This document shows, piece after piece, positions 9,634-21,073 of a stretch of DNA of 64,000 nucleotides (positions are counted from its first letter, which is position 1; every line of letters begins with the position of its first letter). Origin of the DNA: an uncultured Syntrophomonas sp. GTDB taxonomy: Bacteria > Bacillota > Syntrophomonadia > Syntrophomonadales > Syntrophomonadaceae. The translations under genes were made by a program, and so were the position numbers. The stretch is taken from contig CAYWFX010000003.1 of assembly GCA_964457945.1 (NCBI GenBank), positions 99,642 to 163,641 of the forward strand, in the 5' to 3' direction. Below the pieces are notes generated by a model. The model was given only the letters and a program-made list of their open reading frames with translations. It did no database searches and was not told the DNA's origin.

Positions 9634-9741
9634 TGGGGACTACACCTTCTGGGAAGCAGTCTTGATCCGAACGAAGATCCCATTAAGTAACCTTAATTGC
9701 GAATAAAGTTCATTTAAGAGTATCCTCAGGTGTAGTCCCCA
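9634..9741. repeat. 14-bp perfect inverted repeat separated by 80 nt
   Basis: TGGGGACTACACCT (9634..9647) and AGGTGTAGTCCCCA (9728..9741), between convergent genes. Confidence 0.9.
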
Positions 9742-9764
9742 CAGGGAAAAATATTCTTCTTATG

Positions 9765-10346
9765 CTAAATGTAATTTTGGATTAATTGGCGCAGCTCAAC
9801 CAGCATTTCTTTGCGTTCCTGTTCCGAAACAGTAGGTACAGCAAAAAAGTTCTTGTACTTATATTGTGCAAATCCTGAGAAGCCAAAAACAGCATTTACG
9901 ACTGACTTGGTGATCCCATCCACCATACCGCCTTTTTGAGCAGTACTTTCATCAGCTCCACATGTCGTGATTAGCAGAGCATTCTTGCCGGTCAACATTC
10001 CCCTGGGTCCAGTCGGTGTGTATTCATAAGCGAAACCAATACTTAAGACCCGATCGATATAGCCTTTTAGAATAGCGGGTATTGAATACCACCATACTGG
10101 AGCAACCATGATAATCACATCTGCCCCGCTGATATCTGCTTGTTCAGTTTTAACGTCTTCCGATAAATTACCCTTATGGTAGCCCTCAAAATCCTTGGCA
10201 CTCAAAACTGGATTCCAGTTCATGGCATACAAGTCCTTGAATTTTACCTGTGCACCCTTTTTCTCCAATTCTTCTCTAACAACTGCAGCAATGGCGGAAT
10301 TGAAACTCATGGGGTTGGGATGTGCATATATTACAACTGCCTTCAT
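9765..10346 (-). CDS. NAD(P)H dehydrogenase (quinone)/FMN reductase, flavodoxin-like fold
   Basis: 193 aa. MKAVVIYAHPNPMSFN and APVWWYSIPAILKGYIDRV are typical of the Flavodoxin_2 (MdaB/YrkL-like) family. Confidence 0.8.
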   Translation of the reverse strand: MKAVVIYAHPNPMSFNSAIAAVVREELEKKGAQVKFKDLYAMNWNPVLSAKDFEGYHKGNLSEDVKTEQADISGADVIIMVAPVWWYSIPAILKGYIDRVLSIGFAYEYTPTGPRGMLTGKNALLITTCGADESTAQKGGMVDGITKSVVNAVFGFSGFAQYKYKNFFAVPTVSEQERKEMLVELRQLIQNYI

Positions 10347-10657
10347 TAAATCACCTCCTGACTATTATCATTTACCAGTCCAGTGAATATTAAATACGGG
10401 TTGTATTTTTTTATCCATTATAACCCCTACCTAAACTCACCTTGTTTTTTGTCATGTATTTTCAGCGCATTCTTCAAGGCTACCTAAATAAACCTACTAG
10501 TCTTCATTACAGATAAACTAAATATGTTGATTTCATAACACAAAAAATCATTACACTTTTTAATAATTGCAGGAAAACTTATTAATAATGGAGAATAATG
10601 GTATATGAGTTAAACAGGCAAGAATTAGTCTTAAAATATTGAGCGGAGGTAGTAAGA

Positions 10658-11902
10658 ATGAAAAAGTTTTGCAGTGTAATATTGTTGGCGCTCCTTCTAA
10701 TAGGCTCTTTTTCGCAGGGAGCTTGGGCAGCAGATAAATCTCAGGATATCTTGATTGAAATGGATGGAATGCTTCTTAATCCAGATGTAAGCCCGATGAT
10801 TCAAAGCTCGCGCATTCTGATACCCTTCCGGACGGTGGCCGAAGCACTAAACCTGCAAGTTAAGTGGAATTCAGATGCGCAGGAAATTGGGGTGGACGGT
10901 AATGGAGTCCTACTTAAAATGTATATCGGATCTAATCAGGCTGTAAAAAATGGTGTCACTATACCGCTTGATACACCTCCGTTTATCATAGCCAACACTA
11001 CCATGGTGCCAATACGCTTTATAAGCGAGGTATTTGGGTGTCAGGTTAATTGGGATGCAGGAGCCAGTATGGTGAGGATTAGCTCTCCCCCGCTCCCTAT
11101 GACTGTAATTGGCTATTATGGGCTGGGGGATGAGAAAAGCAGCAGTTGGACCAATTTGTTTGCAGACAAGTATCCTAAAAGCAGCAAAGGAAATACGGAC
11201 ATAATCCAAGAACTGGAATTATGTTGGTACACTATGGATGAAGAGGGACGGCTTTTGACCCGAAGTGACAGCGGTTGGCAACGACCTGATGGATGGAATG
11301 ATGTATTAGCAGCTGCCTCCAGCTATAAACTGGGTGTTGAGATGTGTGTGCAAATGACTGATGAGAAAGGTCGCATCAGAAAAATGATTAATAATGATAC
11401 CGCGAGAAAAATGGCTATTAAAAATATGGTTAACGAAGCTGCATTATATAAAGGTGTAAATCTGGATTTTGAAGGACTAGGCTATAAGGATACGCCCGAA
11501 GAGCTTAGCAAAGTCCGTTCGGATTTCACTCGTTTTGTGAATGAGCTGGCCAGTTCCCTCCATTCCTCTGGAAAGACTCTGACTTTGTCACTCCATGCCC
11601 TGAACACTGCTTATCCTGGTTATGACTATACCGCATTGGGAAAGCTCGCCGACCACATTATTATTATGGCCTATGATTATGGACCGAATCCAGAACCGAA
11701 TGATCTGGTAGAGCAGGCTGTCAAGCTTGCCACTGCAAGCGTTTCTGGTGATAAACTATGGCTGGGTATTTCAGCCGGGAATGAATCTGAAATTAGTATG
11801 AAAAGCAAACTAGGCATCGCCAAACGCTACCGCCTGGGAGGTATCGCGCTCTGGCGTCTGGGCGTGATTTCGGACGATCTATGGAAGGTACTGAGGAAAT
11901 AA
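10658..11902 (+). CDS. Secreted protein: copper-amine-oxidase N-terminal-like domain + glycoside hydrolase family 18-like domain
   Basis: Signal peptide (..GAWAAD). Stalk-domain repeats (RILIPFRTVAEALNLQVKWN, TMVPIRFISEVFGCQVNWD). GH18-type GVNLDFEGL motif, MAYDY, and a C-terminal GGIALWRLG. Confidence 0.75.
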   Translation: MKKFCSVILLALLLIGSFSQGAWAADKSQDILIEMDGMLLNPDVSPMIQSSRILIPFRTVAEALNLQVKWNSDAQEIGVDGNGVLLKMYIGSNQAVKNGVTIPLDTPPFIIANTTMVPIRFISEVFGCQVNWDAGASMVRISSPPLPMTVIGYYGLGDEKSSSWTNLFADKYPKSSKGNTDIIQELELCWYTMDEEGRLLTRSDSGWQRPDGWNDVLAAASSYKLGVEMCVQMTDEKGRIRKMINNDTARKMAIKNMVNEAALYKGVNLDFEGLGYKDTPEELSKVRSDFTRFVNELASSLHSSGKTLTLSLHALNTAYPGYDYTALGKLADHIIIMAYDYGPNPEPNDLVEQAVKLATASVSGDKLWLGISAGNESEISMKSKLGIAKRYRLGGIALWRLGVISDDLWKVLRK

Positions 11903-11966
11903 CCTACATCATTCCAACTGAAACGTGGAAGGAATGCCCGAATAGTATTGATAATATAGCATTTTT

Positions 11967-11992
11967 AAAGGAACTCTTTTGGGAGTTCCTTT
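11967..11992 (+). terminator. Hairpin between convergent genes
   Basis: Perfect 10-bp stem AAAGGAACTC/GAGTTCCTTT. The downstream T-run is weak. Confidence 0.45.
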
Positions 11993-12025
11993 CGTTCGTG
12001 TTTTATGAATAATCTGAATAAATTT

Positions 12026-12367
12026 CTATTCTTCCGCTGTAAATTCTTCTAATACTTTCATAGCAAATCTCGCATTTGGATAAGTGATAGAACCACCACC
12101 AATAACGCCAATCTGTATTGCTTCCATAATTTCATCTACACTTGCTCCAGCATTTAGACAACCCTCTATGTGATAACAAATACACTCGTTGCAACGGCTA
12201 ACTACTGAAATGGCCAATCCCATAAGTTCCTTGTGCTTTTTATCAATTGCACCAGCAGAATATGTTTTATCATCCAATTCTCCAAATTCCTTAAAAAAGT
12301 CGTCAGCCTGAATGAGTTTCAGATTATACTCTTTTCGATACTCTTTCATTTTTTTAATGTCCAACAT
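12026..12367 (-). CDS. Carboxymuconolactone decarboxylase (AhpD-like) family protein
   Basis: 113 aa. CNECICYH (CxxC..H) motif and ELMGLAISV helix are typical of the CMD family. Confidence 0.75.
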   Translation of the reverse strand: MLDIKKMKEYRKEYNLKLIQADDFFKEFGELDDKTYSAGAIDKKHKELMGLAISVVSRCNECICYHIEGCLNAGASVDEIMEAIQIGVIGGGSITYPNARFAMKVLEEFTAEE

Positions 12368-12774
12368 TATTTCTCCTGTTATTTAAATAATATTTCCTTC
12401 GTCATATTCTACTATTGTTCATTTGCTTTATTATATAGAATGATATTAAAAATTCCAAATATTTCACATTACTACATATAAATTGGTTCTCTTACTCTAA
12501 AATACTTTAATTTTGTATCAGCGTAAGAAGTATTAGATTGTACCAGTAAGAGTTTACTCTTTACAATATCCTTATCTGTGCTAAATAACTGTTACCATTT
12601 AAACCAGCTCTTGCCGAGTAGAATACATAAAAATCTTAGTCACTCATACATATAAATAGGATATTTTATACCTATATAATTCATGCAGCATATAGGTTAA
12701 TGAAATCTTGGCAGAAGACACCCAGTAAAATCCTTAAAAATTGAAACTCAAGAATCAAAAATGTGGAGATTAAA

Positions 12775-13623
12775 ATGATGGACGCGAGAATTATTACCGA
12801 TACATCTTGTGACTTACCAGAAGAAGAGTTGGATAAGTACCATATCGAGATGATACCTTTGAAAATTACCTTCGAGGATGGTGAGACATTCTTAGATCGT
12901 TTCGAAATTAGTCCCTCATTGTTCGTGGATAAAATGATATCGTCTAAAACCCTACCCAAAACCTCAGCCCCGGACCCGGCTGCCTTTGTTTCCTGTTTTG
13001 AAAAGGGACTCAGGGAAGCCAGTGAGGTGTTGTTTGTCAGCCTGTCGTCAGGCCTGAGCAGCACCTATCAAACAGCAGTGCTAGCCAGCGAAATGCTCGG
13101 CAATGAAAATATTCGAATTTTTGATACTCTAACTGCCTCATTGGGAACGGGTATTGCAGCCATTAAAGCCGCCCGCCTGGCAGCCCAGGGATTGAACGTA
13201 GGTGCTATAGTAGATCAATTGTCTGCGATGAGAAAAACCAGTGAAACTTTATTTACCCTAGATACTCTGGAAAATGTAGTCAAAGGAGGACGCCTTAGCC
13301 GGTTCCAAGGAATGGCCGGAACCATGCTTAATATTAAGCCCATATTAAGGGCTAATCCTCAGGGCATACCCGAGATAGTTGAAAAGGTCAGGGGTAGAAA
13401 AAGGGCTATACATCGCTTAGTAAGCATGATAGGAGAAATAGTAGGTGCTTCTGTTAGTGAAAATCTTATTGGTATCAGCCATGTTTGTTGCCGGGAAGAT
13501 GCCGATAAGCTAGCCCGGAGCATCAAAGACTTGTACCGGCCTAAAGAGGAAATAATAATTGCTGAAATGGGAGCTACCATAGGAAACTACGCAGGTGTGG
13601 GTGGCTTGATGATCAACTTATGA
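12775..13623 (+). CDS. DegV-family fatty-acid-binding protein
   Basis: IITDTSCDLP start motif, PKTSAP, and LSSGLSSTYQTA, characteristic of DegV. Start moved to ATG 12775 after TGGAG. Confidence 0.9.
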   Translation: MMDARIITDTSCDLPEEELDKYHIEMIPLKITFEDGETFLDRFEISPSLFVDKMISSKTLPKTSAPDPAAFVSCFEKGLREASEVLFVSLSSGLSSTYQTAVLASEMLGNENIRIFDTLTASLGTGIAAIKAARLAAQGLNVGAIVDQLSAMRKTSETLFTLDTLENVVKGGRLSRFQGMAGTMLNIKPILRANPQGIPEIVEKVRGRKRAIHRLVSMIGEIVGASVSENLIGISHVCCREDADKLARSIKDLYRPKEEIIIAEMGATIGNYAGVGGLMINL

Positions 13624-13745
13624 TCCTACTCCAAGCGGAGTACTTGTCTGGAATTGCTACACAGGGAGGATGCCACCTTCGTCCTTATCGGTTCAAACAT
13701 CTCAATCGTTGACTTCCAAGTCCACTCGGGCTTAATATAGTTTTA

Positions 13746-13773
13746 TTCAGAAGGGGCGCTGCCCCTTCTGAAT
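13746..13773. terminator. Hairpin shared by convergent DegV and acyl-CoA dehydrogenase genes
   Basis: TTCAGAAGGGGC-GCT-GCCCCTTCTGAA, a perfect 12-bp stem. The flanking T/A runs are modest. Confidence 0.6.
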
Positions 13774-13842
13774 ATGGATATTTAACCTGAAACTATTTGC
13801 TTTAAACTCTTCAGTATAACGGCCTGCTCAGCTACAAATGAC

Positions 13843-15699
13843 CTAGTATTCGAAACAGCCTTTATCTATAGTCAACACAGAAGTATCCGCCAATTTGATA
13901 ATTTCTGCCAAATTGGCCACATGAGGCACTTCATTCAGGAGATAATACCTGGCTGAGTGAACTTTGCCTGAATAGAATTTATAATCGTAGTGATCCTGAC
14001 CCAGCTCTTTAATTTTTCTATCCGCGATAAGGGCTTGCTCCAAGATCAGTTTGCCGCCCATGAGTTCAGCGGTAGCCATCAGAATCCGTTTGGAAAAGGT
14101 GGGCAATAGGCGCATTTTTTCCTTATCCTTGGCATACTCGGCCATGGTCGTCTGGATTTCTTCATAGGCCTTTATGGCTTTACCCAGTTGTCCGAATTCC
14201 TTTTCAAACCCGGGGGTCTTTTGGTTGGCTTCGAAGAATGCCTGATTATCCTGCATCCAGCGAGCAAACACTGCACCGTTTTCCATGTTCCATTTGCGTC
14301 CTACCAGATCCATAGACTGAATGAAAGTGGTGCCTTCATACAGGGTGTTTATCTTCGTATCACGGGCCAGTTTTTCACAGGGATAATCGGATATATATCC
14401 ATATCCACCGTAAATCTGAATGGCCTCGGTTCCCACTACATCCCAGGAGATTTCGCTGCAATAGGCTTTGGCCAAGGGAATCAAAATGCCAAGTTCATCC
14501 GCGTATTTTTTTCTTTCTTCCGGGTTAGGATCCCAATGATCCACCTCAATATTGAAATAGGCCTTATAAGTAATGGCCCGGCAGACTTCTGTGATCGCTT
14601 TAAGCCTTAACAGAGATCTCTTGATATCCTCATGATCTATGATTGCGACTCGGTCCCCTTTAGGATTGATAAAAGGCCTGCCCTGAATTCTCTCTTTGGC
14701 ATATTCCCGGGCGTTATAATAGGCGTTGCCCATGGTGCCGCAAGATTGCATACCACAGAAGGTACGTTCTTCATTCATCATTTTGAACATTAAGGCCATT
14801 CCGTCGCCTTTACCACCGTGTTCAAGCGGATTTCTTCCCATCAGGAAACCCCGGCAGGCATTGTTTTCACCAAAGGCCAATGATACGGTGGGATTGCCAT
14901 GCATTCCCATCTTATGCTCCACGCCCGTGGCGGCCACATCGTTGGACTCCAGGGTGCCATCATCATTAATCCAGTATTTAGGAACAATAAATAGTGAAAT
15001 TCCAGCGGTTCCTGGCAGCGCACCCTCCACCCGGGCTAAATACATATGCACAATGTTTTCTGCGAAATTATTGTCGCCATTGCTTATGAAATTTTTCACA
15101 CCCTTAATTTTATAGATACGGGGATCATCGGTGGGGAAAGCCTTGCTGGATATGTCGCCCACATCGGAACCGGCCTGGGGTTCGGTCAAACACATAGTGC
15201 CGGTATAATCACCTGAAAACATCTTGGGCAAGAATTTCTGTTTAAGGTCTTCAGGTGCCAACTGATCGATTAGCATAGAAGCCCCCTGAGTCATAGCCAG
15301 AAATGGGCCGGGAAATGCGGGATTTGCCGCTGCAAACATCTCCCACAAAGGGAACATGATGACCTGGGGCAGAACCACTGCTCCAGGACTGGTATCGTTA
15401 TTAGCACAGCCCCAGCCTTCAGACTGCAGTTTTTTATAAACCGGCGGCACCGTAGGAGAAATGATGACCTGTCCATTTTCGAATTTTATGGGATTGATTT
15501 CGCCATCATCAGAGGTAGGTTCAACTACATCTTTGGTCATCTTTAAGACCGTATCCAGGATCATGTCAACATCATCGACACCATAGTTTTCACTGTAACG
15601 TGGGTAGGCAAGAATCTTAGCCAGGGGCAGCCATTCTTTTAATATGAATTTAAAATCCCGAGTGTTTTTATAAGCAAAATTAGAAGCCATTCTTAACAT
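13843..15699 (-). CDS. Long-form acyl-CoA dehydrogenase (N-terminal extension + ACAD core + C-terminal ACDH_C-like domain)
   Basis: 618 aa. CLTEPQAGSDVG and QIYGGYGY motifs are typical of ACADs. Confidence 0.85.
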   Translation of the reverse strand: MLRMASNFAYKNTRDFKFILKEWLPLAKILAYPRYSENYGVDDVDMILDTVLKMTKDVVEPTSDDGEINPIKFENGQVIISPTVPPVYKKLQSEGWGCANNDTSPGAVVLPQVIMFPLWEMFAAANPAFPGPFLAMTQGASMLIDQLAPEDLKQKFLPKMFSGDYTGTMCLTEPQAGSDVGDISSKAFPTDDPRIYKIKGVKNFISNGDNNFAENIVHMYLARVEGALPGTAGISLFIVPKYWINDDGTLESNDVAATGVEHKMGMHGNPTVSLAFGENNACRGFLMGRNPLEHGGKGDGMALMFKMMNEERTFCGMQSCGTMGNAYYNAREYAKERIQGRPFINPKGDRVAIIDHEDIKRSLLRLKAITEVCRAITYKAYFNIEVDHWDPNPEERKKYADELGILIPLAKAYCSEISWDVVGTEAIQIYGGYGYISDYPCEKLARDTKINTLYEGTTFIQSMDLVGRKWNMENGAVFARWMQDNQAFFEANQKTPGFEKEFGQLGKAIKAYEEIQTTMAEYAKDKEKMRLLPTFSKRILMATAELMGGKLILEQALIADRKIKELGQDHYDYKFYSGKVHSARYYLLNEVPHVANLAEIIKLADTSVLTIDKGCFEY

Positions 15700-16171
15700 C
15701 CCTTCCTTAACAAAATATACGTTACTCCAAATGCAGTATTAAGAATTACATGAATACTCTTTCCATCTTACTTTTCATGATAAGATAGGACCTCCGAGAC
15801 CTTTTTCACCTCCCAATATATTTTTTCCGTTAATAATTAATATTTACATGATTAACATGTTAACTTTTGCATCAATTATTTGTCAATACTTAATTAGGGA
15901 TTGTTGAAATGATCATAAAATGCAGCAAAACCCGTTGTCGTGAGGTACAAACGTTGAAAGAATGCACATAGGAAAATTGCAAAAAACTAGCAAAAATCGT
16001 GACTTGGGGGAGGTTTTATTCAATAAACCTGATAGCCAGATGTTCCAAGAAGAACTTGCGGCTTATCTTTGAAGGAAAACTACCTAAAGAAAATCGATAG
16101 CTAAATTAGCTCAAATTATATACCAGGATAGAGATCGAAGATGGGCATGCTTTGCTGAACGCGCTATATAT

Positions 16172-16201
16172 AACAAAAAGAGTACCCAAGCTGGTACTCT
16201 T
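16172..16201 (-). terminator. Rho-independent terminator of the MarR gene
   Basis: The minus strand has stem AAGAGTACC/GGTACTCTT followed by TTTTTG. Confidence 0.7.
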
Positions 16202-16259
16202 AAGGAAATTATTCTCTATATATGTTGTTAAATTTTATCTTTTCCTAGCAAAAAACAGT

Positions 16260-16691
16260 TTATTCCGGATAATTTAACTGATCTTTTTCTAAACTCATTA
16301 GAGCAGATTGCAACGCATTTGAGTCTCCGCCGACTTTTCGCCTAATATACTTATTAAATTCATCAGCCTGGGGCAGTAATTTTTGTGCTGTTTCTTTCCC
16401 CTTATTGGTTAAATGCAAGCGTAATGTCCTACGATCTGACGGATCTTCAATTCTAACCACTAAATTCTCCTTTAGAAGTCTATCAATGAAGTTAGTAATA
16501 GCAGGAGGATCAAGCATTATTCTAGCTGCCATATCTTTCATACTACTACCTTCGTGGGCTAAAAGGTCAAATAATATAAATGATTGACTTGCTGTAACTC
16601 CGTATTCTGTGCATATTCTATTATAACTACGGCTTATTTTTCTGGATATTACTGACATGTGAAAACATAAAAACTCTCTGTAATCTACCAA
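16260..16691 (-). CDS. MarR-family transcriptional regulator
   Basis: 143 aa. DRLLKENLVVRIEDPSDRRTLRLHLTNKG wing motif. Confidence 0.85.
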   Translation of the reverse strand: MVDYREFLCFHMSVISRKISRSYNRICTEYGVTASQSFILFDLLAHEGSSMKDMAARIMLDPPAITNFIDRLLKENLVVRIEDPSDRRTLRLHLTNKGKETAQKLLPQADEFNKYIRRKVGGDSNALQSALMSLEKDQLNYPE

Positions 16692-17029
16692 AGGTAGCTC
16701 CCCTTACTTTACTAAATAATAAAATACCCAACTTCTATAGTTAGGTATTAGTCATAAAAATTTATCATTAAATTATTATGATGTCAACCAGCATTCAAAT
16801 CCAAACGATGCTGGTTTTAGTTAACTATATTATTTAATCGATTAACCTTTAACTAATTATGTGTTATTGTAATAATGGTTTGTTTTGGATATGTATGAAG
16901 CTGGCAGAATTAGAGGAAAAAAGAAGCAGATTGATAAAGGTAAAATGGTTTATACTTTTGCTATGGGCAGCAAGAAGTTGTATGGCAGGGTATAGCATAC
17001 TAAACAATCTTAATCGAACGCATCTTTAT

Positions 17030-17470
17030 TTAAGCTGTATAGCCAGGAATAGTTCTTAAATCTATGTTGCTTTTCATAAACTCTCCTCTACCCAGAGCGA
17101 CAAGCTTTCCCCTTTCATCGTAAAGGCTTGATTCGCCTATAAATAAATTACGGGAACTGTGTTTAAGCTCGCCTATAGCTTTTATTATTCCGCTTTGGAC
17201 AGGACGCAGGAATTGGGTATGAAAGGAAACGGTATACACCATTAAGTCTTCTATCGTCGAGTTTACCGCAAAGAAAGCATCATCATCCAGCATGCGAAAA
17301 TATGCTGATCCATGCATTGCTCCGGCACCATGATGGTGTCGAGGGCAGACCCGGGTGGAAATTTCGGCCCGACCTTCGCTTATAACGATACTAGTCTCAT
17401 CGTACAGAGCAACGTTATAAGGGGCGATTAAATATATCTGTTCCATTCTCTTATAATGATCTTTACTCAT
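17030..17470 (-). CDS. Hotdog-fold thioesterase (PaaI/YbgC-like)
   Basis: 146 aa. GAMHGSAYFRMLDDDAFFA and the central-helix pattern are typical of PaaI-type thioesterases. Confidence 0.7.
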   Translation of the reverse strand: MSKDHYKRMEQIYLIAPYNVALYDETSIVISEGRAEISTRVCPRHHHGAGAMHGSAYFRMLDDDAFFAVNSTIEDLMVYTVSFHTQFLRPVQSGIIKAIGELKHSSRNLFIGESSLYDERGKLVALGRGEFMKSNIDLRTIPGYTA

Positions 17471-17568
17471 AGATCTTTCCTCACAAGCATTTATGTATAG
17501 TTCTTATTTACTCAACTTTCCCACTCGAGGGAAAGTTGAGTTGTTTTTAATAGTAACCTTTTCAGATT

Positions 17569-18162
17569 TTATTTAAGTATGGGCCCCGGCATTGGCAACA
17601 CTGTCTTACCAAAAGCCGTGTTAAGTATTCCTGCAGACGCTACCCATATGGCACAAACCCCTGCAGCCAGAGCGCAATAGCCAGCAATAGGAGCATAAGA
17701 ATGTGCCAATTTCCCCATATCCATGAAAGTAACACAGAAAACCGTAACATCCAAGAGTAAAACTACTAGGCCCATTACCGCAGGACTTTCCTTTAAATAG
17801 GCAGGGGTCCATAGTATTAAGGTAATAAATAGCGGCAACCACAGCCAGCCATCCATGGTAAAATCAACTTTCCATCCATAAATAGCAGTAAAAAATTTAA
17901 AAATAAATTCCAAACCACCAACTAACATGAAAAATGCTGAGAAGAACAGAAATACATTTCCACCAGTTAAATGACCATTTTTTAGTTCAATAAGAGCAAC
18001 TGATAATTGAATCACAAAACCACCTATAAGCCAAATACCTAAAACTGGTGCTGCAGTTCCCTTAACTGTACCGGTCAAAATAGCATAGAAACCAAAACAA
18101 GCTACTGCTAAAGCAACTAATCCAGCTGGACCTGGAGTCGCCCACCCCTTATGTTCTGACAT
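17569..18162 (-). CDS. GPR1/FUN34/YaaH (SatP-like) acetate/succinate channel family protein
   Basis: 197 aa with six hydrophobic helices. The N-terminal WATPGPAGLVALAV resembles the NPAPLGL signature. Confidence 0.55.
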   Translation of the reverse strand: MSEHKGWATPGPAGLVALAVACFGFYAILTGTVKGTAAPVLGIWLIGGFVIQLSVALIELKNGHLTGGNVFLFFSAFFMLVGGLEFIFKFFTAIYGWKVDFTMDGWLWLPLFITLILWTPAYLKESPAVMGLVVLLLDVTVFCVTFMDMGKLAHSYAPIAGYCALAAGVCAIWVASAGILNTAFGKTVLPMPGPILK

Positions 18163-18961
18163 TAAAATCCTCTCCTTCTTTACCTCTCTAGTATTCTAAC
18201 CAGAGGGTTGTTAATCTTAATCCGGTTTAGATAACACCTGTAATAATCATCCTTTGTATATCCATAACCCCTTCTGCCTGAGACCCCATTATGGCATCAC
18301 GATAAATGTAAGCAACTTGGTAATCGGCCAGGGCAATATGGATAATGCTTTCGGTTATATCCTCCTCTCCACCGCTGATAAAACATTCCTCAAACATACT
18401 TAGCATCCTAAAACAATCTTAACTCCTGCCCGATCTGGTCACCTCCTACAACGAAAATAATTAATCTCGACATTAGTAAACCCATGCCAAGTATGTTCTT
18501 ACTCTCTACTTCCGATTTCCGTTAACTTATTATTTAATAACTTATAAGTTATTAAAACGTTATCTATTTTGTTAAAATTTTCCGCCTTTTTTATATCTCC
18601 CCAGATTTATCAACAACTAATCGCTATTTTCTAATTCTTAATAAAAGCTTCTGTTATGTTAATGCTAAACCAAATGTATTATTAATTAATACATTATTAA
18701 ATTATATGTTAATGTCCCTTTTTTGGAATGTCAACATTAATTGCTTAATCTAATCAACCTTTTGGCCCCTATAAGAAATAAAAAATTATTGGTTTTTCTC
18801 TATTTTACTTTCATTCTACGCTGCCTTTCCATAAAAAGAGGCCATCCCTTTAGGGCAGCCTCTTCAAACCCAGTAGCACCACAAGCAGGACAGACCTTTC
18901 TAATCTCGACTTTTCCCCATAAACCACAGATCTTATATTTTATTTATCCTGAGTCTCCAAC

Positions 18962-21073
18962 CTATGCCAACGTTCGAACGGACTTTTCACGATTCCACTG
19001 GCGTGTCTTGGCCATCGTAATAAATGCGTCTTTGTCGTTAGCATCCACGATGCCTGCGTCTTTTCCGACATTCGCTTTTTTCAACAGCGCTTGGCCGCCT
19101 TTATCGACGGCGATTGCCTTGAGATGAGAGAAAGCATCGCGCACAAAATCGATCGCGCTGCCTTCCGTCGACAGTGCCTTTGCGCCTTCGTCGGAGAGGA
19201 TAATGGCTACTGCGTCGAATAGAACAGAAGGGGTACCAGCCAGTTGTCCGTCAGCAACCAGTATGGAGCCATCGGCAAGCATAGCACCCCCCACTTTTGG
19301 GGCTACGATCTTCACGGCAGCACCCGCATCCGTCGCGGCCTTTTTAATCTTCTCGATAACAGCGCCGTCTGAACCATCCGTAATCAGGATACCAATCGCG
19401 CGCCCCATGAGTGTATCTTTCATTTTGCCAATGATCTGCAATGCAGGCGAAGGCGCCATTACCTGCACGGGCTTGGCAGCCACTGGCGCATCGGGTATTT
19501 TTACCAGAGCAAGGCCTGCGGCAACCCGTTTGGCAAGGTCTTCTTCAATATGTCGCAGGTGACCAACCATAGCTTTCCGCACATGCACATGTTCGACCTT
19601 GGAAAGCTCAAACACTAGCGCCGAGGCGATGTGTGCCTGCTCATACGCAGTTTGACTGATATAGAACTGCTGCGCCTGGCTGTAGTGGTCAGCAAAGCTC
19701 TCGGCACGAATGCGGCCTTTATCGCCGGTTTCAGTTACCGCAGCGCTATGAAAGCTGTTGAGCGGCATTTCGCGGGGCGAGTTTGCCGATAAGGAGTTGG
19801 GCTCATACGCAACACGACCTGCCGGTTGCTCCATCTGCATGTGTCCGTCGCGTTGTTGGTTGGAGAAAGGGCACTTCGGTGTGTTGATCGGGATCTGATG
19901 AAAATTCGGCGAACCCAGACGCAAAAGCTGCGTGTCTTGATAGGAAAATAAACGGCCTTGCAAGAGTGGATCATTCGAGAAATCAATGCCTGGTACGATA
20001 TTAGAAGCACAGTAAGCAACCTGTTCAGTTTCAGCGAAGAAATTATTCGGCCAGCGATTCAGCACCATACGGCCGATCACTTTTAAGGGCACCAGTTCTT
20101 CGGGAATCAGCTTGGTCGCGTCCAGATGATCGAACGGAAATTTGTCCGCTTCCTCCTGCGTGAAAAGTTGAACCGCGAATTCCCACTCGGGGAAATTACC
20201 CGCCGCAATGGCATCAAACATATCGCGGCGGTGAAAATCCGGATCAGCACCGGAAATCTTGACTGTTTCATCCCAAATTGTTGATTGCAGGCCAAGCTTG
20301 GGACGCCAGTGAAATTTGACAAAGGTTGATTCGCCGGCATTGTTAATCAGCCGAAAACTATGCACACCAAAGCCTTCGATCATCCGTAGTGACCGCGGTA
20401 TGGTGCGATCCGACATGATCCACATCACCATATGCATGGATTCAGGCGTGAGCGAAATGAAATCCCAAAACGTGTCGTGCGCGCTGGCCGATTGCGGAAA
20501 GCCGCGGTCGGGCTCCATTTTCACAGCATGAATGAGGTCGGGGAATTTGATGGCATCTTGGATAAAGAAAACTGGAATGTTGTTGCCGACCAGATCCCAG
20601 TTGCCTTCCTTAGTATAAAACTTGACGGCAAATCCGCGTACGTCACGAGGGGTATCTACCGAACCCGCGCCGCCTGCTACGGTTGATAGACGAGTAAAAA
20701 CGGGGGTCTTCTCACCTACCTCGGTGAGTATCTTGGCAGTGGTATATTGCTGCAACGATTCGGTCAGCTCGAAGAATCCATGCACGCCCGTCCCTCGTGC
20801 GTGAACGATACGCTCGGGAATACGCTCGTGATCGAAGTGAGTGATTTTTTCGCGAAGGATGAAATCCTCCAGAAGCGTAGGGCCGCGCTGATTGGCCCTG
20901 AGCGAGTTTTGATTATCGGAAAGCGGAACACCCTGGTTCGTGGTAAGCGAGGGGTGCTCTCCCCCAGCTATCTGGTGTAACTCGCCGCCGGCAGCCAGTT
21001 GTAAGTCTACATTGGATTTTCCCTTTTCTTGTTTGCCTTTTCCAGAATTAATTTTCGCGTTATTTTTAGCCAT
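18962..21073 (-). CDS. katE: Large-subunit catalase (HPII/KatE clade) with C-terminal DJ-1/flavodoxin-like domain
   Basis: 703 aa. [22 protein letters not shown] active-site His region, [14 protein letters not shown] proximal Tyr region, and a C-terminal GILITDGSD domain. Confidence 0.95.
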   Translation of the reverse strand: MAKNNAKINSGKGKQEKGKSNVDLQLAAGGELHQIAGGEHPSLTTNQGVPLSDNQNSLRANQRGPTLLEDFILREKITHFDHERIPERIVHARGTGVHGFFELTESLQQYTTAKILTEVGEKTPVFTRLSTVAGGAGSVDTPRDVRGFAVKFYTKEGNWDLVGNNIPVFFIQDAIKFPDLIHAVKMEPDRGFPQSASAHDTFWDFISLTPESMHMVMWIMSDRTIPRSLRMIEGFGVHSFRLINNAGESTFVKFHWRPKLGLQSTIWDETVKISGADPDFHRRDMFDAIAAGNFPEWEFAVQLFTQEEADKFPFDHLDATKLIPEELVPLKVIGRMVLNRWPNNFFAETEQVAYCASNIVPGIDFSNDPLLQGRLFSYQDTQLLRLGSPNFHQIPINTPKCPFSNQQRDGHMQMEQPAGRVAYEPNSLSANSPREMPLNSFHSAAVTETGDKGRIRAESFADHYSQAQQFYISQTAYEQAHIASALVFELSKVEHVHVRKAMVGHLRHIEEDLAKRVAAGLALVKIPDAPVAAKPVQVMAPSPALQIIGKMKDTLMGRAIGILITDGSDGAVIEKIKKAATDAGAAVKIVAPKVGGAMLADGSILVADGQLAGTPSVLFDAVAIILSDEGAKALSTEGSAIDFVRDAFSHLKAIAVDKGGQALLKKANVGKDAGIVDANDKDAFITMAKTRQWNREKSVRTLA

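Noticed and set aside
12681-13064. 127-aa minus-strand ORF overlapping the DegV start region
   Set aside because: It is antisense to a well supported DegV gene and is a low-complexity Ser/Leu-rich translation.
18227-18406. 59-aa minus-strand ORF (MLSMFEECFISGGEEDITES...) upstream of the SatP-like gene
   Set aside because: It is just below the ORF cutoff, has a weak SD and no recognisable family. It could be real, but the evidence is insufficient.
19203-20980. Cluster of plus-strand ORFs (19203..19562, 20316..20531, 20432..20686, 20622..20804, 20747..20980) and minus-strand off-frame ORFs inside the catalase gene
   Set aside because: They all lie within and antisense to, or out of frame with, a very well supported katE ORF. 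Long spurious ORFs are expected in this G+C-richer segment. They have no SD sequences or recognisable motifs.
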